From Gemmatimonadales bacterium (GTDB lineage: Bacteria; Gemmatimonadota; Gemmatimonadetes; Gemmatimonadales; GWC2-71-9): a stretch of DNA of 64,000 nt. Of this stretch, positions 62,120-64,000 are shown one piece after another. Where the stretch lies: contig JBBQFH010000001.1 of the NCBI GenBank assembly GCA_038321865.1, positions 174,258 to 238,257 of the forward strand. Direction: 5' to 3'. Under the pieces are notes generated by a model. That model was not told the DNA's origin and did not search any database. It was given only the letters and a program-made list of their open reading frames with translations. Numbering within the stretch: position 1 is the stretch's first letter; every line of letters begins with the position of its first letter. The position numbers and the translations under genes are program-made.

Positions 62120-64000
62120 CACTCCGGCGCCAGTGCGCCCTGGTCGCGACGTTGCACGCCCAGCTCCCGGTCGAGCGCTCCCAGGAGACGCGCCTCGGCC
62201 TTGTCGACTTCACCCGCTTCGAGCGTTCGGTCTGGAGCACGGAAGGTAAGGTGGAACGTGATACTCCGCAGGCCGGCGGGCAAGTCGGCGCTGCGATACT
62301 CACCGGTGACAGCCGTCGCTTCGAGCAGCCGCTCACCGGCGGCCAGCAGCACCGCCGTCACATGAGCCACCGGCAGCCCGTCCGGCACCAGCAGCGTCAG
62401 GTCGCGCCCCGAAGCCGGAACCGAGGGCAGCGCCCGATAGGCCGGAGGCGCGAGCGGCGACCGATCGAGCACCAGCTCGAAGCCGAAGAGGCCGGCGGCC
62501 CACGGCGGCGCGTCGGCATCCAGGCGGCTGGCGCGCCCGACCGCGCAGGAGCCACCGACCGCGGAGAGCGCCCCCGCGTCGGCCACGAGCGTCGCCTCCG
62601 GCTGCGCCAGCGCAGTGGCGGCCTGGAACAGGCCCTTGAGATCCCACACATCGCAGTCAGCGCGCTCGGCGCCAGTCCAGTGTGCCGGCACGCGGGCACC
62701 CGTGATCACGCCGGCCACTCGGAGCTCCTCCCGCGGTGGCTGGCCAGCGTCGGCGGCGGCGAATACGGTTCCGATCTCAAACAGCCGAATGTCGCGCGTC
62801 TGTGCGGCCCAGTTCAGCTCGACCAACCGGGAGAGGCCGGGGAGCAGACTGGCCCGAAGGTGGCTTTCGGCCGACGAGAGCGGATTCAGAATCCGGACAC
62901 TCCCCTCGCCCTGTGGCGGCGTCATGGGCAGGGCGGATACTTCGAACAGCCCCTGGGCCACGAGGCCGCGACGGACCCGGTCGGCAGCCACGTAGCCGGG
63001 ATCATCGGATCGTTCGCCGGGGCGGGCCGGCCGCAGCTCGGTCGGGATCCTGTCGTATCCGTGGATTCTCGCGATCTCTTCGATCAGGTCGATCTCGGCG
63101 GTCAGATCGGGCCGCCACCCGGGGACATCCACGGCGATCCGGCCGTCGTCGGGTTTGGCGACCACCGTGGCACCGATGGCGACGAGACATTCCTCGATGG
63201 TGCGCCAGGGGAGCTCGACGCCCAGCACCTGCGTGACCCGGGCCGGGCGAAGGAAGATCCTGGGTGGATGCGTCACCTGTGGCCACAGATCGACCGGCTC
63301 CGGCGCCAGCTCGCCGCCCGCCGTGAGCAGGATCAACTCCACGCAGCGGCGCAGCGCCTCGGCGCCGTTCCAGCGGTCGACTCCCCGCTCAAAGCGATAG
63401 CTCGCCTCGGTGCTCAGGTTCAGCATCCGGCGGGTCCGGCGGACCCGCGCCGGCTCGAAGTGCGCGCACTCGAGGAAAATGTCGGTGGTGGCGGCGGACA
63501 CCTCACTGGAGGCCCCTCCCATGACGCCCGCGATGCCGATCACGCCGGCCGAATCCGCGATCACCGTCATCGCCGTGTCCAGCGTGCGCTCGACGCCATC
63601 GAGCGTGGTCAGGCGCTCGCCATCACGCGCCCGCCGCGCGATGATCGCCGGTCCGCGCAGCCGGGCGACGTCGTAGGCGTGCATCGGCTGGTTCAGCTCG
63701 AGCATCACGTAATTCGTCGCGTCCACCACGTTGCTGATCGACCGGACCCCGACGGCCGCGAGCCGCCGGCTGAGCCAATCGGGCGATCGCGCGACGCGGA
63801 CGCCGCGGATCACCGCGCCGAGGAGCCGGGTGCAGCCGTCGGCGTCCTCGATCGCGACGCGCACGCCGCCACAGTCCGCGCTCGCGCCCCAGCGCGCAGG
63901 CGCGGGCATGGTGGCCCCGGCGGAGCCCGGCAGCGACGGAAGGCGCATCGGCGTGGCGTACGCGGCTGCGAGCTCGCGGGCGACGCCCTTGTGCCCGAGC
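62119..64000 (-). CDS. pheT: Phenylalanine--tRNA ligase beta subunit (5' end beyond the window)
   Basis: GVAREL, NVVDATNYVMLELNQPMHAYD, RFERG, DLIEEIARIHGY and C-terminal FDX-ACB domain. Confidence 0.97.
   Translation of the reverse strand, partial: LGHKGVARELAAAYATPMRLPSLPGSAGATMPAPARWGASADCGGVRVAIEDADGCTRLLGAVIRGVRVARSPDWLSRRLAAVGVRSISNVVDATNYVMLELNQPMHAYDVARLRGPAIIARRARDGERLTTLDGVERTLDTAMTVIADSAGVIGIAGVMGGASSEVSAATTDIFLECAHFEPARVRRTRRMLNLSTEASYRFERGVDRWNGAEALRRCVELILLTAGGELAPEPVDLWPQVTHPPRIFLRPARVTQVLGVELPWRTIEECLVAIGATVVAKPDDGRIAVDVPGWRPDLTAEIDLIEEIARIHGYDRIPTELRPARPGERSDDPGYVAADRVRRGLVAQGLFEVSALPMTPPQGEGSVRILNPLSSAESHLRASLLPGLSRLVELNWAAQTRDIRLFEIGTVFAAADAGQPPREELRVAGVITGARVPAHWTGAERADCDVWDLKGLFQAATALAQPEATLVADAGALSAVGGSCAVGRASRLDADAPPWAAGLFGFELVLDRSPLAPPAYRALPSVPASGRDLTLLVPDGLPVAHVTAVLLAAGERLLEATAVTGEYRSADLPAGLRSITFHLTFRAPDRTLEAGEVDKAEARLLGALDRELGVQRRDQGALAPE

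Overview
This is a GC-rich bacterial chromosomal segment, most consistent with Gemmatimonadota (inferred from gene order and protein style, not tested by search). It consists almost entirely of housekeeping genes on the minus strand. In transcription order these are pheT-zapB/zapA-rny-folD-xseAB-ispA-dxs-nadK-recN, galK, tRNA-Leu(UAA), aroA-cmk-rpsA, an acyl-CoA carboxylase cluster, rplM-rpsI-rpsB-tsf-pyrH-frr-uppS-cdsA-dxr-rseP, rpsO-pnp-M16 peptidase-ald-dut, mreBCD-mrdA-rodA, accD-folC, hisS-proS-lysA-guaA and dusB-corA-GGDEF-ssrA; purEK lies on the plus strand. I found no CRISPR array, transposase, integrase or defence system, and no clearly new multi-gene system. The most interesting items are: (1) a ~7 kb accessory block (glgX, rmlBACD, pilin-like genes, a decayed DivK-like receiver) running from the tRNA-Leu 3' end to a degenerate copy of that end, suggesting an old island; (2) glgX starting only 7 nt after the tRNA; (3) a sigma54 promoter with tandem enhancer palindromes upstream of a glycine-zipper lipoprotein; (4) several leaderless-type promoters; (5) an orphan secreted protein with a DUF2723/TMEM260-like motif and an RNA methyltransferase, both wedged inside the carboxylase cluster; (6) Betaproteobacteria-like purEK beside ssrA. 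Start codons were adjusted by eye from the ORF track.
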